A stretch of 40,254 nt of DNA from Clostridiales bacterium (GTDB taxonomy: Bacteria > Bacillota > Proteinivoracia > UBA4975 > PWLI01). Location of the stretch: positions 1-40,254 of the forward strand of contig PWLI01000017.1 of the NCBI GenBank assembly GCA_003559415.1. Reading direction: 5' to 3'. Both the position numbers and the translations under genes were made by a program. The notes beneath the pieces are model-generated. The model worked only from the letters and a program-made list of their open reading frames with translations. It was not told where the DNA came from and did not search any database. Shown here piece after piece: positions 13,123-28,600 of this stretch (the stretch's first letter is position 1; every line of letters starts with the position of its first letter).

Positions 13123-13494
13123 ATGCCAACAATTAACCAGCTGGTACGCAAAGGCAGAAAGCAGACAACCAAGAAATCAACAGCTCGTGCTTTGGAAGGT
13201 TCGCCGCAAAAGCGGGGTGTTTGCACTCGTGTATCCACTCTGACCCCCAAAAAGCCCAACTCAGCGTTGCGCAAGGTGGCCAGGGTTCGCCTGACCAGCG
13301 GAACTGAAGTGACTGCCTACATCCCCGGAATTGGCCATAATCTTCAGGAGCACTCTGTTGTTTTGGTTCGCGGAGGCAGGGTCAAAGACTTGCCAGGTGT
13401 CCGCTACCATATTGTCAGAGGAGCGCTGGATTCCGGTGGAGTTCAAAACAGAAACCAGGGACGTTCCAAGTACGGTGCCAAAAAACCAAAATAA
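13123..13494 (+). CDS. rpsL: 30S ribosomal protein S12
   Basis: [13 protein letters not shown]...[17 protein letters not shown]. Confidence 0.98.
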   Translation: MPTINQLVRKGRKQTTKKSTARALEGSPQKRGVCTRVSTLTPKKPNSALRKVARVRLTSGTEVTAYIPGIGHNLQEHSVVLVRGGRVKDLPGVRYHIVRGALDSGGVQNRNQGRSKYGAKKPK

Positions 13495-13505
13495 TAGATT
13501 GCTGA

Positions 13506-13991
<486 letters not shown>

Positions 13992-14029
13992 TTTGATTGC
14001 TGTTCAGTAACGGGAAAGGAGGGATTGTT

Positions 14030-16099
14030 ATGACTAAAGCATTTACCCTTGACAAGACAAGAAATATTGGAATCATGGCCCACATTGATGCCGGAAAAAC
14101 AACAACCACTGAGCGTATTTTGTTTTACACCGGCAGAGTGCATAAACTGGGCGAAGTCCATGACGGCGCTGCTACCATGGACTGGATGATACAAGAACAG
14201 GAGCGGGGAATTACTATAACCTCTGCTGCTACTACCGCTCATTGGAAAGATCACCGAATAAACATTATCGACACACCAGGCCACGTTGACTTTACTGTTG
14301 AAGTGGAACGCTCCCTCCGTGTGCTGGATGGTGCCATAGGAGTGTTTTGTGCCAAAGGGGGAGTTGAGCCCCAGTCTGAGACTGTGTGGCGACAAGCCGA
14401 CAAGTACAAAGTACCCCGCATGGCCTATGTTAACAAGATGGACATAACCGGAGCGGATTTCCTCCGGGTAGTTTCAATGATAAGGGAACGGCTGAATGCC
14501 AACGCCGTGCCTGTTCAGCTTCCCATCGGAAGCGAAGACGAGTTTAGCGGAATAGTTGATCTTATTTCCATGAAGGCAGTCAATTACCTGGATGACCTGG
14601 GCAGAAACAGCGAAATCATCGAAATCCCGGATCATCTTGAAGACTTGGCCCGGGAATACAGAGTGAAGCTGCTGGAAGCAGTTGCTGAAGAAGACGATTC
14701 TTTAATGGAAAGCTACCTGGGTGGCGAAGATATCGAAGAAGAGCAACTCCGGGCAGCTATCCGCAAGGCAGTGCTGAACAATAAAATAGTACCTGTTTTA
14801 TGCGGCTCTTCTTATAAAAACAAAGGTGTCCAATTGTTGTTGGATGCAGTGGTGCACTACCTGCCCGCCCCCCACGAGGTAGCAGCAATTAGGGGCATAG
14901 AACCCAAAACAGGGGACCCGACAACCCGCAAGTCCTCGGATGACGAACCCTTTTCCGCCCTGGCATTTAAGGTTATGACCGATGCCTATGTGGGCAAACT
15001 GGTGTTTCTGCGGGTTTATTCCGGGGTGTTGCCGTCAGGCAGCTATGTGTATAACTCAACCAAGGGGAACAAAGAACGCATAGGCCGCTTGCTGCGCATG
15101 CACGCCAATCACCGGGAAGAGATTGCGCAAATCCGCACCGGTGACATCGTGGCCGCTGTGGGGCTTAAGAACACTTCCACAGGAGACACTCTGTGTTCCG
15201 AGGAGGCCCCGGTTGTTTTGGAGTCAATGCAATTTCCCGAGCCGGTAATTTCCGTGGCCATTGAGCCCAAGACCAAGGCAGACCAGGAAAGAATGTCGCT
15301 GTCGCTGCAAAAACTGACCGATGAAGACCCCACCTTCCGCACATACACCGAAGAGGAAACGGGTCAAACCATCATCGCCGGCATGGGCGAGCTGCATCTG
15401 GAGATTATTGTCGACCGGCTGTTGCGGGAGTTTAAAGTCGGTGCCAATGTAGGAAGACCCCAGGTAGCCTACAAAGAAACGATTACCAAGCCCATCAAGT
15501 CAGAGGGACGTTTTGTCCGGCAAAGCGGCGGACGGGGCCAATACGGCCATGTGGTGCTGGAACTGGCTCCGCGGACACCTGGTTCCGGGTTTGCGTTTGT
15601 GAACAAAATCGTTGGCGGCGCCATCCCCCGGGAATTTATCCCGGCGGTGGAAGCCGGGGTCAAGGAAGCAACGCAAAATGGCGTGCTTGCCGGATTTCCC
15701 GTCATCGATGTTTCTGTAACTCTTACCGATGGCACTTATCACGATGTTGACTCTTCTGAACTTGCTTTCAAGGTAGCCGGATCAATGGGATTCCGGGCCG
15801 GACTGGCCAAGGCGGAATCAATACTGTTGGAACCGGTAATGAAGGTGGAAGTTACAGTTACAGAAGATTACATGGGCGATGTTATGGGCGACCTCAACGG
15901 CCGGCGTGGCCGCATCGAGGGACTGGGCCCTGTGAACGGAGCCCAAATAATCCGGGCCATGGTGCCGCTGGCTGAGATGTTCGGGTATGCTACTGAATTG
16001 CGCTCCCGGACCCAGGGGAGGGGAATCTATTCCATGGAATTCTCCCACTATGAACCGGTGCCAAAACAAATTGCCGAAACACTTATAAACCACAGTTAG
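14030..16099 (+). CDS. fusA: Elongation factor G
   Basis: [43 protein letters not shown] and NKMD. ATG 14030 follows GGAGGG. Confidence 0.97.
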   Translation: MTKAFTLDKTRNIGIMAHIDAGKTTTTERILFYTGRVHKLGEVHDGAATMDWMIQEQERGITITSAATTAHWKDHRINIIDTPGHVDFTVEVERSLRVLDGAIGVFCAKGGVEPQSETVWRQADKYKVPRMAYVNKMDITGADFLRVVSMIRERLNANAVPVQLPIGSEDEFSGIVDLISMKAVNYLDDLGRNSEIIEIPDHLEDLAREYRVKLLEAVAEEDDSLMESYLGGEDIEEEQLRAAIRKAVLNNKIVPVLCGSSYKNKGVQLLLDAVVHYLPAPHEVAAIRGIEPKTGDPTTRKSSDDEPFSALAFKVMTDAYVGKLVFLRVYSGVLPSGSYVYNSTKGNKERIGRLLRMHANHREEIAQIRTGDIVAAVGLKNTSTGDTLCSEEAPVVLESMQFPEPVISVAIEPKTKADQERMSLSLQKLTDEDPTFRTYTEEETGQTIIAGMGELHLEIIVDRLLREFKVGANVGRPQVAYKETITKPIKSEGRFVRQSGGRGQYGHVVLELAPRTPGSGFAFVNKIVGGAIPREFIPAVEAGVKEATQNGVLAGFPVIDVSVTLTDGTYHDVDSSELAFKVAGSMGFRAGLAKAESILLEPVMKVEVTVTEDYMGDVMGDLNGRRGRIEGLGPVNGAQIIRAMVPLAEMFGYATELRSRTQGRGIYSMEFSHYEPVPKQIAETLINHS

Positions 16100-16127
16100 C
16101 CCAAGGGACTAAAGGAGGGAATCAAAT

Positions 16128-16439
16128 TTGGCTGCTACACAGAAAATCAGGATCAGGCTCAAGGCCTTTGACCACAGCATCCTGGACCAATCAGCTGAAA
16201 AAATTGTAGAAACTGCTCGCCGTACCGGCGCCCAGGTTTCCGGGCCCATTCCCCTGCCCACAGACAAGAGCATCTACACAGTGCTTCGGGCAGTGCACAA
16301 GTACAAGGACTCCCGGGAACAGTTTGAGATGCGCACACACAAACGACTGATTGACATCTTGGAGCCGACACCCAAAACCGTCGATGCCCTGATGAGACTT
16401 GATCTCCCGGCTGGCGTTGACATTGAAATCAAACTATAA
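16128..16439 (+). CDS. rpsJ: 30S ribosomal protein S10
   Basis: TTG start after AAAGGAGGG; [12 protein letters not shown]...RTHKRLIDI. Confidence 0.97.
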   Translation: MAATQKIRIRLKAFDHSILDQSAEKIVETARRTGAQVSGPIPLPTDKSIYTVLRAVHKYKDSREQFEMRTHKRLIDILEPTPKTVDALMRLDLPAGVDIEIKL

Positions 16440-16478
16440 TCAAGGATATTTGTCCAGTTTCAAGGAGGTGGCAACCCA

Positions 16479-17108
16479 GTGAAAAAGGCTATATTGGGCA
16501 AGAAAATAGGCATGACCCAGATATTTGACGAACAGGGTAATGTCGTGCCCGTGACAGTGATTCAGGCCGGCCCCTGCCCCGTTGTTCAGAAAAAAACGGT
16601 GGCTTCCGATGGATATGACGCCATTCAGGTTGGTTTCGGCCAGCAAAAAGAACAACGAGTAAACAAACCCCGCCAGGGCCATTTCCAGCGGGCCCAGCAG
16701 TCCCCCACCCGGTACTTGGCAGAGTTGCGTCTGGACGATGCAGCCAACTACGATGTGGGACAGGAAATCACTGCTGATATTTTCCAGCCGGGTGACCGGA
16801 TAGATGTCAGCGGCGTTTCCAAGGGAAAAGGCTTCGCAGGCGCCATCAAGCGCCATAACCAACGCCGGGGCCCATCAACCCACGGCTCCCATTTCCATCG
16901 TTTCCCCGGAGCCCTGGGAGGCGTTGGCCCGGCCAGAGTGCTCAAGGGACATCCCATGCCCGGAAGAATGGGCGGGGAGAAAGTAACTGTTCAGAACCTG
17001 GAAGTGGTTCAGGTGGACGCTGAGCGCCATCTGTTGCTAGTAAAAGGATCCCTTCCCGGTATTCGCGGCGCCCTGCTGCGGATCAAAAACAGCGTTAAGG
17101 CCCAGTAG
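16479..17108 (+). CDS. rplC: 50S ribosomal protein L3
   Basis: GTG start; [25 protein letters not shown]. Confidence 0.97.
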   Translation: MKKAILGKKIGMTQIFDEQGNVVPVTVIQAGPCPVVQKKTVASDGYDAIQVGFGQQKEQRVNKPRQGHFQRAQQSPTRYLAELRLDDAANYDVGQEITADIFQPGDRIDVSGVSKGKGFAGAIKRHNQRRGPSTHGSHFHRFPGALGGVGPARVLKGHPMPGRMGGEKVTVQNLEVVQVDAERHLLLVKGSLPGIRGALLRIKNSVKAQ

Positions 17109-17135
17109 GGTTGAAGTGAAAGGAGGACACAGGAC

Positions 17136-17759
17136 ATGCCAAAGGTGGCAGTACACAACACCAAAGGTGAACAGGTGGGCGAACTGGAACTCAGTGACAA
17201 GCTGTTCGCTGCCGAGATAAGCGACTCTGCCATGCATCAGGTGGTGGTTGCCTACCTGGCCAACCAGCGCCGCGGCACAGCATCCACCAAGACCCGCAGC
17301 GATGTGCGGGGCGGCGGACGCAAACCATGGAGACAAAAAGGAACGGGACGGGCGCGCCACGGCACAATCCGCTCACCGATTTGGAAAGGTGGCGGCGTGG
17401 TTTTTGGGCCGAATCCCCGGGATTATAGTATTCATGTTCCCAAGAAACTGAAGCGCAAGGCATTGAAATCCGCCCTTACCGCCAAGTTAAACAACAATCA
17501 GATCTATGTGTTGGATGAACTGGCGCTGGAAGAACCCAAGACATCTGAAGTTGCCCGCATGTTAAAATCTCTTAGCATCGAAGGCACAGCGATGTTTGTT
17601 TCAGCCGGTTCAGAGCCCAACCTGTACAAATCGACCCGCAACATCCCCGGCGTCAAATCCAGCGCTGCCGAGAGCATCAACACATATGACGTTATTAAGT
17701 CCGGCGCCTTGGTATTGACAAAAGATGCTGTGGCCAGGATTGAGGAGGTGTTTGCGTAA
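17136..17759 (+). CDS. rplD: 50S ribosomal protein L4
   Basis: [35 protein letters not shown]. Confidence 0.97.
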   Translation: MPKVAVHNTKGEQVGELELSDKLFAAEISDSAMHQVVVAYLANQRRGTASTKTRSDVRGGGRKPWRQKGTGRARHGTIRSPIWKGGGVVFGPNPRDYSIHVPKKLKRKALKSALTAKLNNNQIYVLDELALEEPKTSEVARMLKSLSIEGTAMFVSAGSEPNLYKSTRNIPGVKSSAAESINTYDVIKSGALVLTKDAVARIEEVFA

Positions 17760-18043
17760 TGCGTGACCCCCGCGACATCATCATCCGCCCCCTGGTTACC
17801 GAGAAGACCAACGACTTGATGGCAGAGAAGAAGTATACCTTTGTTGTCAGAAGAGATGCCAACAAGGTGGAAATTGCCCGGGCGGTAGAATCGCTTTTCA
17901 AAGTTGAAGTGGAATCTGTAAACACAGCCAACTACAAGGGCAAGCTGAAAAGAATGGGCCGGTTTAGCGGGCATCAGCCCAGCTGGAAAAAAGCAATAGT
18001 ATGCCTGACTGCTGAATCCAAGCCCATTGAACTGTTTGAATAA
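17759..18043 (+). CDS. rplW: 50S ribosomal protein L23
   Basis: TAATG overlap with rplD; [10 protein letters not shown]...YTFVV. Confidence 0.96.
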   Translation: MRDPRDIIIRPLVTEKTNDLMAEKKYTFVVRRDANKVEIARAVESLFKVEVESVNTANYKGKLKRMGRFSGHQPSWKKAIVCLTAESKPIELFE

Positions 18044-18064
18044 CTCGCTAAAGGAGGGTTAGTA

Positions 18065-18898
18065 ATGGCAATAAAATCTTTCCGCCCCACCTCCCCCGGC
18101 AAACGGTTTGCAACGGTTTCAACCTTTGAGGAAATCACCAGGGAAGAACCGGAAAAATCCCTGTTAGCGCCGCTGAAAAGCAATGCGGGGCGCAACAACC
18201 AGGGCAGGCTCACCGTTCGCCATCGTGGTGGCGGCCATAAGCGCAAATACAGAATTATTGATTTCCGTCGGAACAAGGACAACATCCCTGCCACCGTGGC
18301 AGCGATTGAGTATGACCCCAACCGTTCTGCCAACATTGCTTTGTTGCATTATGCCGATGGCGAAAAGCGCTATATCCTAAGCCCCAACAACTTAAAAGTT
18401 GGAGAACAGATCGTTTCCGGAGAATCGGGAGTGGACATCAAGGTTGGCAATGCCATGCCGCTTAAAAACATGCCAGCGGGCACAGTGATTCACAACATTG
18501 AACTGAAGCCCGGCAAGGGTGGCCAATTGGCCCGCTCTGCCGGAACCAGCGCCCAGCTGATGGCCAAGGAAGGGAAATACGCCTATGTGCGCCTTCCCTC
18601 CAACGAAGTCCGGTTGATTAACATCAACTGCCGGGCGACCATTGGCCAGGTGGGCAACATCGATCATGAGAACCTGACCATCGGAAAAGCCGGACGTTCC
18701 CGCTGGATGGGCATAAGGCCCACAGTTCGCGGTGTGGTAATGAACCCCGCCGATCACCCCCATGGCGGTGGCGAAGGCAAGGCCCCCATCGGCATGCCTG
18801 CACCTGTCAGCCCCTGGGGCACACCGGCAATCGGTTACAGAACCCGCAAGAAAAAGAGCAAGTCGGATAAATACATCGTCAAGCGCCGCAAAAGCTAG
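18065..18898 (+). CDS. rplB: 50S ribosomal protein L2
   Basis: [18 protein letters not shown]...[14 protein letters not shown]. Confidence 0.98.
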   Translation: MAIKSFRPTSPGKRFATVSTFEEITREEPEKSLLAPLKSNAGRNNQGRLTVRHRGGGHKRKYRIIDFRRNKDNIPATVAAIEYDPNRSANIALLHYADGEKRYILSPNNLKVGEQIVSGESGVDIKVGNAMPLKNMPAGTVIHNIELKPGKGGQLARSAGTSAQLMAKEGKYAYVRLPSNEVRLININCRATIGQVGNIDHENLTIGKAGRSRWMGIRPTVRGVVMNPADHPHGGGEGKAPIGMPAPVSPWGTPAIGYRTRKKKSKSDKYIVKRRKS

Positions 18899-18926
18899 CG
18901 CATGACAAAAAGGAGGGAAGGCTGCA

Positions 18927-19211
18927 ATGGGTAGATCCCTGAAAAAAGGCCCCTTTTGTGACGATTATCTGCTGAAAAAAATTGAACAAATGAATGAAAA
19001 AGGGGAAAAGCGGGTTGTCAAGACATGGTCCCGTCGTTCCACCATTTTTCCTGAATTTGTCGGCCATACAATCGCTGTTCATGACGGAAGAAAGCATGTT
19101 CCTATCTATATCAGTGAAGAGATGGTCGGACATAAACTGGGTGAATTTGCACCCACCCGTACATTCAGGGGACACGGCTCTCACACAGAGCGGTCCACAT
19201 CCCTGAAATAG
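18927..19211 (+). CDS. rpsS: 30S ribosomal protein S19
   Basis: GRSLKKGPF...[17 protein letters not shown]. Confidence 0.98.
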   Translation: MGRSLKKGPFCDDYLLKKIEQMNEKGEKRVVKTWSRRSTIFPEFVGHTIAVHDGRKHVPIYISEEMVGHKLGEFAPTRTFRGHGSHTERSTSLK

Positions 19212-19231
19212 GCCAGAGAGGAGGATATCCC

Positions 19232-19585
19232 ATGGAAGCACAAGCAAGCGCACGTTATGTAAGAATTGCTCCCCGCAAAGTCCGGATAGTCGTAGATCTA
19301 ATCCGCGGCAAATCTGTGGGCGATGCACTGGCCATCCTCAGGAACACGCCTAAAGCTGCTTCTCCGCTGGTGGAAAAAGTCTTAAGCTCAGCGGTGGCCA
19401 ATGCAGAGCATAACCTGGAGATGAAAACAGACAACCTGTATGTGGCCGAGGTTTTTGTTGACCAGGGGCCGACACTGAAAAGGTTTAAGGCCCGGGCCAG
19501 AGGCATGGCCAGCAGGATAAACAAAAAAACCAGCCACGTAACTGTGGTGGTATCAGAAAAAAACAGCCAAGGGAGGGATAAATAA
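19232..19585 (+). CDS. rplV: 50S ribosomal protein L22
   Basis: [23 protein letters not shown]...[10 protein letters not shown]. Confidence 0.97.
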   Translation: MEAQASARYVRIAPRKVRIVVDLIRGKSVGDALAILRNTPKAASPLVEKVLSSAVANAEHNLEMKTDNLYVAEVFVDQGPTLKRFKARARGMASRINKKTSHVTVVVSEKNSQGRDK

Positions 19586-20253
19586 TGGGGCAAAAAATTA
19601 ATCCGGTAGGTTTGCGCATCGGCATCATCAAAGACTGGGAAGCCAAGTGGTACGCTGAACGCAAAGATTTCGTGGAAACCCTCCACGAAGACATAAAGGT
19701 CCGGGATTTCATCCTGGACAAACTGGCCAACTCCAGCATTTCCCGGGTGGAGATTGAACGGGCTGCCAGCCGCATCCGCATTTCAATCCACACCGCCAAG
19801 CCTGGTGTTGTCATCGGCCGCGGTGGTTCCGGAATCGAAAAATTGCGCCAACAGCTGGATTCCCTTACCGGCAAAAAGACCCATATCAATATCGTTGAAA
19901 TTAAGTCCCCTGAGCTTGATGCCCAACTGGTGGCAGAGTCCATAGCTGCCCAGCTGGAACGGCGTATCGCCTTTCGCCGGGCCATGAAACAGTCCATGGG
20001 CAGAACCATGCGGGCTGGCGCCAAAGGCGTCCGCACCATGGTGGCAGGACGTCTGGGTGGAGCTGACATGTCGAGAACTGAATGGTACACCGAAGGCACT
20101 GTGCCCCTGCACACGCTGCGGGCGGACATTGACTACGGATTTGCCGAAGCAAAGACCACCTACGGACAGCTGGGAGTCAAAGTTTGGATATACAAAGGCG
20201 AAATCCTGCCCAAACCCAAAGAGGAAAAAGGAGCCGGGGAAGGAGGACAATGA
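19585..20253 (+). CDS. rpsC: 30S ribosomal protein S3
   Basis: [14 protein letters not shown]; KH domain; TAATG overlap with rplV. Confidence 0.98.
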   Translation: MGQKINPVGLRIGIIKDWEAKWYAERKDFVETLHEDIKVRDFILDKLANSSISRVEIERAASRIRISIHTAKPGVVIGRGGSGIEKLRQQLDSLTGKKTHINIVEIKSPELDAQLVAESIAAQLERRIAFRRAMKQSMGRTMRAGAKGVRTMVAGRLGGADMSRTEWYTEGTVPLHTLRADIDYGFAEAKTTYGQLGVKVWIYKGEILPKPKEEKGAGEGGQ

Positions 20254-20256
20254 CCA

Positions 20257-20691
20257 ATGTTAACCCCAAAACGCGTTAAATACCGCCGCCCCCATCGCGG
20301 CAACGTTCGCGGCAAAGCCAAGAGCGGAACCGAAGTGGTTTTTGGTGAATATGGTTTGCAGGCCCTGGAGCCCAGCTGGATTACCAGCCAGCAAATTGAG
20401 GCTGCCCGGGTTGCCATGACCAGGTACATCAAACGGGGTGGCAAAGTCTGGATAAAGATTTTCCCGCACAAGGCGATTACCGCCAAGCCGGCAGAGACCC
20501 GGATGGGCAGTGGAAAAGGCTCACCGGAGAAGTGGGTTGCTGTTGTTAAGCCCGGACGAGTGATGTTTGAATTGGCCGGTGTCCCCGAAAATGTGGCCAA
20601 GGAAGCCATGCGCCTTGCCGCCCACAAACTGCCCATCAAAACCAAATTTATCAAACGCTTCGAACTGGGTGGTGACGATAGTGAAAGCTAA
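20257..20691 (+). CDS. rplP: 50S ribosomal protein L16
   Basis: [15 protein letters not shown]...[10 protein letters not shown]. Confidence 0.98.
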   Translation: MLTPKRVKYRRPHRGNVRGKAKSGTEVVFGEYGLQALEPSWITSQQIEAARVAMTRYIKRGGKVWIKIFPHKAITAKPAETRMGSGKGSPEKWVAVVKPGRVMFELAGVPENVAKEAMRLAAHKLPIKTKFIKRFELGGDDSES

Positions 20692-20884
20692 TGAAATCCG
20701 TGATTTGAGCGCTAATGAACTGGAGCGCCGGTTGGATGAGCTCAAGACCGAACTTTTCAACCTGCGGTTTCAACTGGCTACCGGGCAACTGGACAATCCC
20801 ATGAACATCAAGCGTGTCCGCAAAGACATTGCCCGGGTAAAAACCATTATCCGGGAACGTGAATTGAACATCAACGTGCAATAG
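20681..20884 (+). CDS. rpmC: 50S ribosomal protein L29
   Basis: GTG 20681 overlaps the rplP end by 11 nt. [38 protein letters not shown]. The track ORF from 20567 is an out-of-frame overlap of rplP. Confidence 0.93.
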   Translation: MKANEIRDLSANELERRLDELKTELFNLRFQLATGQLDNPMNIKRVRKDIARVKTIIRERELNINVQ

Positions 20885-20906
20885 TGGTTGAAAGGAGGAT
20901 GGGCAA

Positions 20907-21164
20907 ATGACTGAACGAAGCATGCGTAAGGTCCGTGTTGGCAAGGTAATAAGCAATAAAATGGACAAGACTATAGTTGTTGCTGTCCAACAACAATTGC
21001 GTCATCCGGCATATGGTAAAATCGTCAAGCGCACCGAGAAATTCAAGGCCCACGACGATGAAAACCAGTGCAACATCGGAGATGTTGTGGAGATTATGGA
21101 AACCCGCCCGCTGAGCAAGGACAAGCACTGGCGGCTGGTCAAAATAGTTACCAAGGCAGAGTAA
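20907..21164 (+). CDS. rpsQ: 30S ribosomal protein S17
   Basis: [14 protein letters not shown]...[16 protein letters not shown]. Confidence 0.97.
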   Translation: MTERSMRKVRVGKVISNKMDKTIVVAVQQQLRHPAYGKIVKRTEKFKAHDDENQCNIGDVVEIMETRPLSKDKHWRLVKIVTKAE

Positions 21165-21203
21165 TCTAAAGACAGTTCCAACGCACGAAAGGAGGGGCAT
21201 GTC

Positions 21204-21572
21204 GTGATTCAACAGCAAACGTTGTTGAATGTGGCCGACAACTCCGGAGCCAAGAAGATTATGTGCATCCGAGTTCTGGGCGGCACCCGGCGCTATAGTG
21301 CCAACATCGGCGACATATTTGTAGCATCAGTTAAAGAGGCAACACCCGGCGGAGTTGTTAAGAAGGGGGAAGTTGTCAGGGCAGTGGTGGTGCGGACCAA
21401 AACCGGCCTCCATCGCAAAGACGGATCCCACATACGGTTTGATGACAATGCCGCGGTTATTATCAACGAAGCAAAAAACCCCAGGGGAACTCGTATCTTC
21501 GGCCCGGTAGGCCGGGAGCTGCGGGAAAAGGACTTTATGAAAATAGTGTCCCTGGCCCCTGAGGTGCTGTAG
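21204..21572 (+). CDS. rplN: 50S ribosomal protein L14
   Basis: GTG start; [27 protein letters not shown]. Confidence 0.98.
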   Translation: MIQQQTLLNVADNSGAKKIMCIRVLGGTRRYSANIGDIFVASVKEATPGGVVKKGEVVRAVVVRTKTGLHRKDGSHIRFDDNAAVIINEAKNPRGTRIFGPVGRELREKDFMKIVSLAPEVL

Positions 21573-21592
21573 CCTACGAGGAGGTGGACAAC

Positions 21593-21922
21593 GTGACAAC
21601 ACCCAGGATCCACATAAGAGAAGGCGACAAGGTTATCGTCCTTTCCGGAAAAGATCGGGACAAAACCGGCAAAGTGCTGGAAGTTAACCCCGCCAGCGGC
21701 AAGGTCCTTGTGGAAGGTGTCAACATGGTGAAAAAGCACCAGCGGCCAACCAGGGCCGACCGCAAAGGCGGCATTCTGGAAATGGAAGGCGCTGTCAGCA
21801 GTTCCAAGGTAATGCTGGTTTGCCCCCGTTGCAACAAACCTTCCCGAACCGGGCACAAGAATCTCAAGTCCGGCGAAAAGGTTCGCTACTGCAAAAGTTG
21901 CGGCGAAGTGAACGAAAAGTAA
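21593..21922 (+). CDS. rplX: 50S ribosomal protein L24 (with C-terminal CxxC...CxxC cluster)
   Basis: GTG 21593 is 8 nt after GGAGG (the track start 21584 overlaps the SD). IREGDKVIVLSGKDRDKTGKVLEV KOW motif. C-terminus is CPRCNKPSRTGHKNLKSGEKVRYCKSCG. Confidence 0.95.
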   Translation: MTTPRIHIREGDKVIVLSGKDRDKTGKVLEVNPASGKVLVEGVNMVKKHQRPTRADRKGGILEMEGAVSSSKVMLVCPRCNKPSRTGHKNLKSGEKVRYCKSCGEVNEK

Positions 21923-21950
21923 ATAACGCAAGCGGAAGGGAGGTCACAGC

Positions 21951-22493
21951 GTGGCTGCTCGACTTGAAGAAATTTATAAGCGGGATATAGTACCCGCCCT
22001 TATGAAAAAGTTCAATTACTCAAGCATTATGGACGCTCCCAAAATCGAAAAAATAGTTGTCAATATGGGTGTGGGCGACGCCAAGGAAAACCCAAAATTC
22101 CTCGACAGTGCTGTGGAGGAACTGACCCTGATTACTGGTCAAAAGCCGGTTATCACCAAGGCCAAGAAAGCTATTGCCGGTTTTAAAATCCGGGCCGGCA
22201 TGTCCATTGGAACAAAGGTGACCCTAAGGGGCGAGCGGATGTATCATTTCTTTGACCGCTTGTTGCACATTGCCCTGCCCCGGGTCCGTGACTTTCGAGG
22301 TGTGTCCCCCAAGGCATTCGATGGCCGGGGCAATTATACCCTGGGAATTAAGGAACAACTTATTTTCCCCGAGATCAATTATGACAAGGTCGACCGTGTG
22401 CGAGGCATGGATGTGGTAATAGTAACCACAGCCAAAACCGATGAAGAAGGTTTGGAGTTGCTTCGTGAATTCGGGTTGCCCTTCCGGAAATAA
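21951..22493 (+). CDS. rplE: 50S ribosomal protein L5
   Basis: GTG start; [24 protein letters not shown]. Confidence 0.97.
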   Translation: MAARLEEIYKRDIVPALMKKFNYSSIMDAPKIEKIVVNMGVGDAKENPKFLDSAVEELTLITGQKPVITKAKKAIAGFKIRAGMSIGTKVTLRGERMYHFFDRLLHIALPRVRDFRGVSPKAFDGRGNYTLGIKEQLIFPEINYDKVDRVRGMDVVIVTTAKTDEEGLELLREFGLPFRK

Positions 22494-22516
22494 TCCGATA
22501 AGGAGGGAATATACGG

Positions 22517-22702
22517 GTGGCTAAAAAATCAATGATTGCAAAGCAGAAACGAACAGCCAAGTTTTCTGCCCGGGCTTATAACCGCTGCCGCTTGTGTGGC
22601 AGACCCCATGCATACATGCGCAGATTTGGAATGTGTCGTATCTGTTTCCGGACACTGGCCCACAAAGGCCAGATCCCCGGCGTGAAAAAGGCCAGCTGGT
22701 AG
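22517..22702 (+). CDS. rpsZ: 30S ribosomal protein S14 type Z (Zn-binding, 61 aa)
   Basis: [12 protein letters not shown]...[22 protein letters not shown]...W. Confidence 0.97.
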   Translation: MAKKSMIAKQKRTAKFSARAYNRCRLCGRPHAYMRRFGMCRICFRTLAHKGQIPGVKKASW

Positions 22703-22724
22703 TGAGGAAAGGAGGTATTCCCCG

Positions 22725-23123
22725 ATGACTATGACCGATCCCATTGCTGATATGCTTACAAGGATCAGAAATGCCAACACAGCGCTCCACACTAATGTGG
22801 AAGTGCCGGCATCAAAGGTAAAAACATCTCTTGCCCAGATTCTCCAGGAAGAGGGTTTTATATCGGGCTATGAAGTAATCGACGATAACAAGCAGGGTCT
22901 TATCCGTATCAAGCTTCGCTATAACAATAGCAAGGAGCGGGTAATCACCGGCTTGAAAAGAATCAGCAAGCCTGGCTTGCGGGTTTACGCCAAAAAAGAC
23001 GAAATACCCAGAGTGCTGGGTGGTTTGGGCGTGGCAGTTATTTCCACCTCCCAGGGTTTGATGGTGGACAAGAAAGCCCGGGCCCAAGGTCTTGGCGGCG
23101 AAGTCTTGTGCTACATTTGGTAG
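22725..23123 (+). CDS. rpsH: 30S ribosomal protein S8
   Basis: [15 protein letters not shown]. Confidence 0.98.
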   Translation: MTMTDPIADMLTRIRNANTALHTNVEVPASKVKTSLAQILQEEGFISGYEVIDDNKQGLIRIKLRYNNSKERVITGLKRISKPGLRVYAKKDEIPRVLGGLGVAVISTSQGLMVDKKARAQGLGGEVLCYIW

Positions 23124-23145
23124 CCACTGTATTGGAGGTGCAACA

Positions 23146-23685
23146 ATGTCCAGAATAGGCAAAAAACCTATCGTTCTTCCCTCGGGAGTGCAAGTGGAAA
23201 TTTCCTCAGACAATGTAGTCGTTGTCAAAGGGCCGCTGGGCCAACTGGAGCAAAAGGTTCCCGGGGAAATAAAGTTGGAAGTATCGGATAACACAATAGA
23301 AGTAACACGCCCTTCTGACCAAAAAACCCATCGTGCCCTGCACGGCCTGACCCGCAGTTTGGTGGCCAACATGGTTGAAGGTGTTTCCAAGGGTTATACC
23401 CGCAGCTTGGAGCTGGTGGGCGTGGGATACCGTGCGACCAAGCAGGGACAAGCCGTTAACCTGACTGTTGGCTACTCCCATCCTGTGGTCATTACTCCGC
23501 CCGAGGGAATTGAAATTGAAGTGCCGGCCCCCAACAAAATCACCGTCAAGGGCATTGACAAGCAAGCGGTGGGGCAGCTGGCAGCTGAGATCCGGGCCGT
23601 CCGCAAGCCGGAACCCTATCTCGGCAAAGGGATTAAATACGAAGGGGAGCAGATCCGGCGCAAGACTGGCAAGGCCGGAACTTAA
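23146..23685 (+). CDS. rplF: 50S ribosomal protein L6
   Basis: [15 protein letters not shown]; ATG 23146 after GGAGG. The track start at 23092 overlaps rpsH. Confidence 0.97.
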   Translation: MSRIGKKPIVLPSGVQVEISSDNVVVVKGPLGQLEQKVPGEIKLEVSDNTIEVTRPSDQKTHRALHGLTRSLVANMVEGVSKGYTRSLELVGVGYRATKQGQAVNLTVGYSHPVVITPPEGIEIEVPAPNKITVKGIDKQAVGQLAAEIRAVRKPEPYLGKGIKYEGEQIRRKTGKAGT

Positions 23686-23707
23686 ACCCTGAAAGGAGTG
23701 AGCCCTG

Positions 23708-24067
23708 TTGCAACGTAACATTAGCCCGCGGAAGCAAAGGCACATTCGGGTGCGGAAAAAAGCCTTTGGCACAGCTCAGCGCCCCCGCCTCAATGTTTTC
23801 CGCAGTTCAAGCCATATATATGCTCAGCTTATCGATGATACCCAGGGGGTTACCCTGGCAGCTGTGTCTACACTGGATGACGAGGTCAAAGCCGAAGCGG
23901 CATACGGAGGAAACAAGCATGCTGCCAAGGTTGTGGGCACGAAGATTGCTGAAAAGGCCAAAGCAGCCGGCATCAAAGAGGTTGTGTTTGACCGGGGCGG
24001 CTTTCTCTATCATGGACGGGTCAGGGAACTGGCCGAAGCAGCCCGTGAAGCCGGACTGCAATTCTAA
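23708..24067 (+). CDS. rplR: 50S ribosomal protein L18
   Basis: TTG start; [35 protein letters not shown]. Confidence 0.95.
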   Translation: MQRNISPRKQRHIRVRKKAFGTAQRPRLNVFRSSSHIYAQLIDDTQGVTLAAVSTLDDEVKAEAAYGGNKHAAKVVGTKIAEKAKAAGIKEVVFDRGGFLYHGRVRELAEAAREAGLQF

Positions 24068-24084
24068 GCAAGGGAGGGAACAGC

Positions 24085-24603
24085 TTGAAGCCTAAACCAA
24101 GAACAGGACGAGCAGAAAAAGAAGTATCAGAGTTTATCGAAACCGTTGTAAGCATCAATCGTGTGGCCAAGGTTGTCAAGGGCGGCCGCCGCTTCAGCTT
24201 CAGTGCGCTGGTAGTGGTCGGTGACGGCAAAGGCAAAGTGGGCACTGGCTTTGGCAAGGCGGGAGAGGTCCCCGAGGCCATCCGCAAGGGCATGGAAGAT
24301 GCCAAGAAAAAGATGTTTACTGTTCCAATTGTAGGGTCCACAATTCCCCATGAAATAACCGGCAAATACGGCGCCGGGGTAGTGTTGCTCAAACCCGCAT
24401 CAGAAGGTACCGGAGTTATCGCCGGTGGCCCGGTCCGGGCTGTACTGGAGGCTGCAGGTGTCAGGGACATACTGACCAAATCCCTGGGATCCTCCAATGC
24501 GATTAACATGGTTGGTGCCACTGTATCTGCATTAAAGGGATTGAGGACCGCAGAACAAGTAGCCCGCTCCCGCGGCAAAACAGTGGAAGAACTGCGGGGC
24601 TAG
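24085..24603 (+). CDS. rpsE: 30S ribosomal protein S5
   Basis: TTG start after GGGAGGG; [33 protein letters not shown]. Confidence 0.96.
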   Translation: MKPKPRTGRAEKEVSEFIETVVSINRVAKVVKGGRRFSFSALVVVGDGKGKVGTGFGKAGEVPEAIRKGMEDAKKKMFTVPIVGSTIPHEITGKYGAGVVLLKPASEGTGVIAGGPVRAVLEAAGVRDILTKSLGSSNAINMVGATVSALKGLRTAEQVARSRGKTVEELRG

Positions 24604-24615
24604 GGAGGTATAAAC

Positions 24616-24795
24616 ATGGCTAAGCAGCTGAAAATAAAATTGGTTCGCAGCATGATTGGTCGACCCAAGGATCACAGGAAGACCTTGGTTGCCTTGGGCT
24701 TTCGCAGAATGAACCAGGTAGTGACGCAACCGGACAACCCCCAAACCAGGGGAATGGTTGACAAAGTGGCACACTTGGTTCAGGTAATCGAGTAA
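24616..24795 (+). CDS. rpmD: 50S ribosomal protein L30
   Basis: Not in the track (59 aa): [42 protein letters not shown] upstream. Confidence 0.93.
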   Translation: MAKQLKIKLVRSMIGRPKDHRKTLVALGFRRMNQVVTQPDNPQTRGMVDKVAHLVQVIE

Positions 24796-24807
24796 GGAGG
24801 TGCGGAA

Positions 24808-25248
24808 ATGGAACTCCACGATCTAAAACCTGCCCCAGGATCTCGGAAGAAGAGAAAACGCAAAGGGATTGGCATCGGTTCCGGCAAGGGCAAGACTGCT
24901 GGCCGGGGTCACGGCGGCCAAAATTCCCGCAGCGGTGGTGGAGTCAGGCCTGGTTTTGAAGGTGGCCAAATGCCCCTGCACCAGAGGCTCCCCAAACGGG
25001 GCTTTACCAACAAGTTCAGAAAAGACTACGCGGTAGTAAATGTTGTCCAGCTCAACCAGTTTAAGACAGGCACCACAGTTACCCCTGAGTTGTTGAAAGA
25101 AACCGGAATTGTCAGCAACATCAAAGATGGAGTCAGGGTGCTGGGCAAGGGCGACCTGAAGGTCAAACTGACAGTCAGGGCCCATGGTTTCACAAAAGGT
25201 GCTGTTGAGAAAATCACGGCTGCCGGCGGCAGCGCAGAGGTGATATAG
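24808..25248 (+). CDS. rplO: 50S ribosomal protein L15
   Basis: [38 protein letters not shown]. Confidence 0.97.
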   Translation: MELHDLKPAPGSRKKRKRKGIGIGSGKGKTAGRGHGGQNSRSGGGVRPGFEGGQMPLHQRLPKRGFTNKFRKDYAVVNVVQLNQFKTGTTVTPELLKETGIVSNIKDGVRVLGKGDLKVKLTVRAHGFTKGAVEKITAAGGSAEVI

Positions 25249-25249
25249 C

Positions 25250-27934
<2,685 letters not shown>

Positions 27935-27945
27935 GGAGGGGGAGT

Positions 27946-28224
27946 ATGACATTTTTGCCAGGACAAATCGTTCGTTCCAAGGCGGGCAGGGATTGCCGCA
28001 GCATCTATGTTGTGCTCGATGTCCTGCCGAGACGGGTAATGGTCGCTGACGGCCGCAGGCGGACCGTTGACAAGCCCAAGGCAAAAAACCCCCTGCACTT
28101 GCAGCTGCTTCAGTCCTTTCAACATGCTGGTGGCAACCTGACCGATGAAGGTATCCGCGAAGCGATTAAAGATTACCAACAGAAATTGTCGGACACACGG
28201 GAACCAAGGGAGGGAACAAGCTAA
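27946..28224 (+). CDS. KOW-domain RNA-binding protein (YbzG-like, function unknown)
   Basis: [36 protein letters not shown] is KOW-like. GGAGGGGGAG lies before ATG 27946. Conserved Firmicutes slot between map and infA. Confidence 0.75.
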   Translation: MTFLPGQIVRSKAGRDCRSIYVVLDVLPRRVMVADGRRRTVDKPKAKNPLHLQLLQSFQHAGGNLTDEGIREAIKDYQQKLSDTREPREGTS

Positions 28225-28442
28225 TGACGAAACAAGACGTCATTGAGGTGGAAGGCCGGGTAATAGATGCCTTGCCTAATGCTACTTTTCGGGTCGAGCT
28301 GGAAAATGGACATGTAATATTGGCATATGTAAAGGGCAAGTTGCGCATGAACTATATTAGGATTTTGCCCGGCGACCGGGTTTCTCTGGAGCTTTCACCC
28401 TATGACCTTACCAAGGGTCGCATCACCTATCGCCATAAATAG
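28224..28442 (+). CDS. infA: Translation initiation factor IF-1
   Basis: [32 protein letters not shown]...; TAATG overlap upstream. Confidence 0.98.
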   Translation: MTKQDVIEVEGRVIDALPNATFRVELENGHVILAYVKGKLRMNYIRILPGDRVSLELSPYDLTKGRITYRHK

Positions 28443-28583
<141 letters not shown>

Positions 28584-28600
28584 CGGGAGGTGTAGTAAAT

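Noticed and set aside
16100-16127. Possible missing tuf gene or assembly gap after fusA.
   Set aside because: The 28-nt spacer with a normal SD for rpsJ looks native. Absence of a str-operon tuf is a known arrangement in some lineages.
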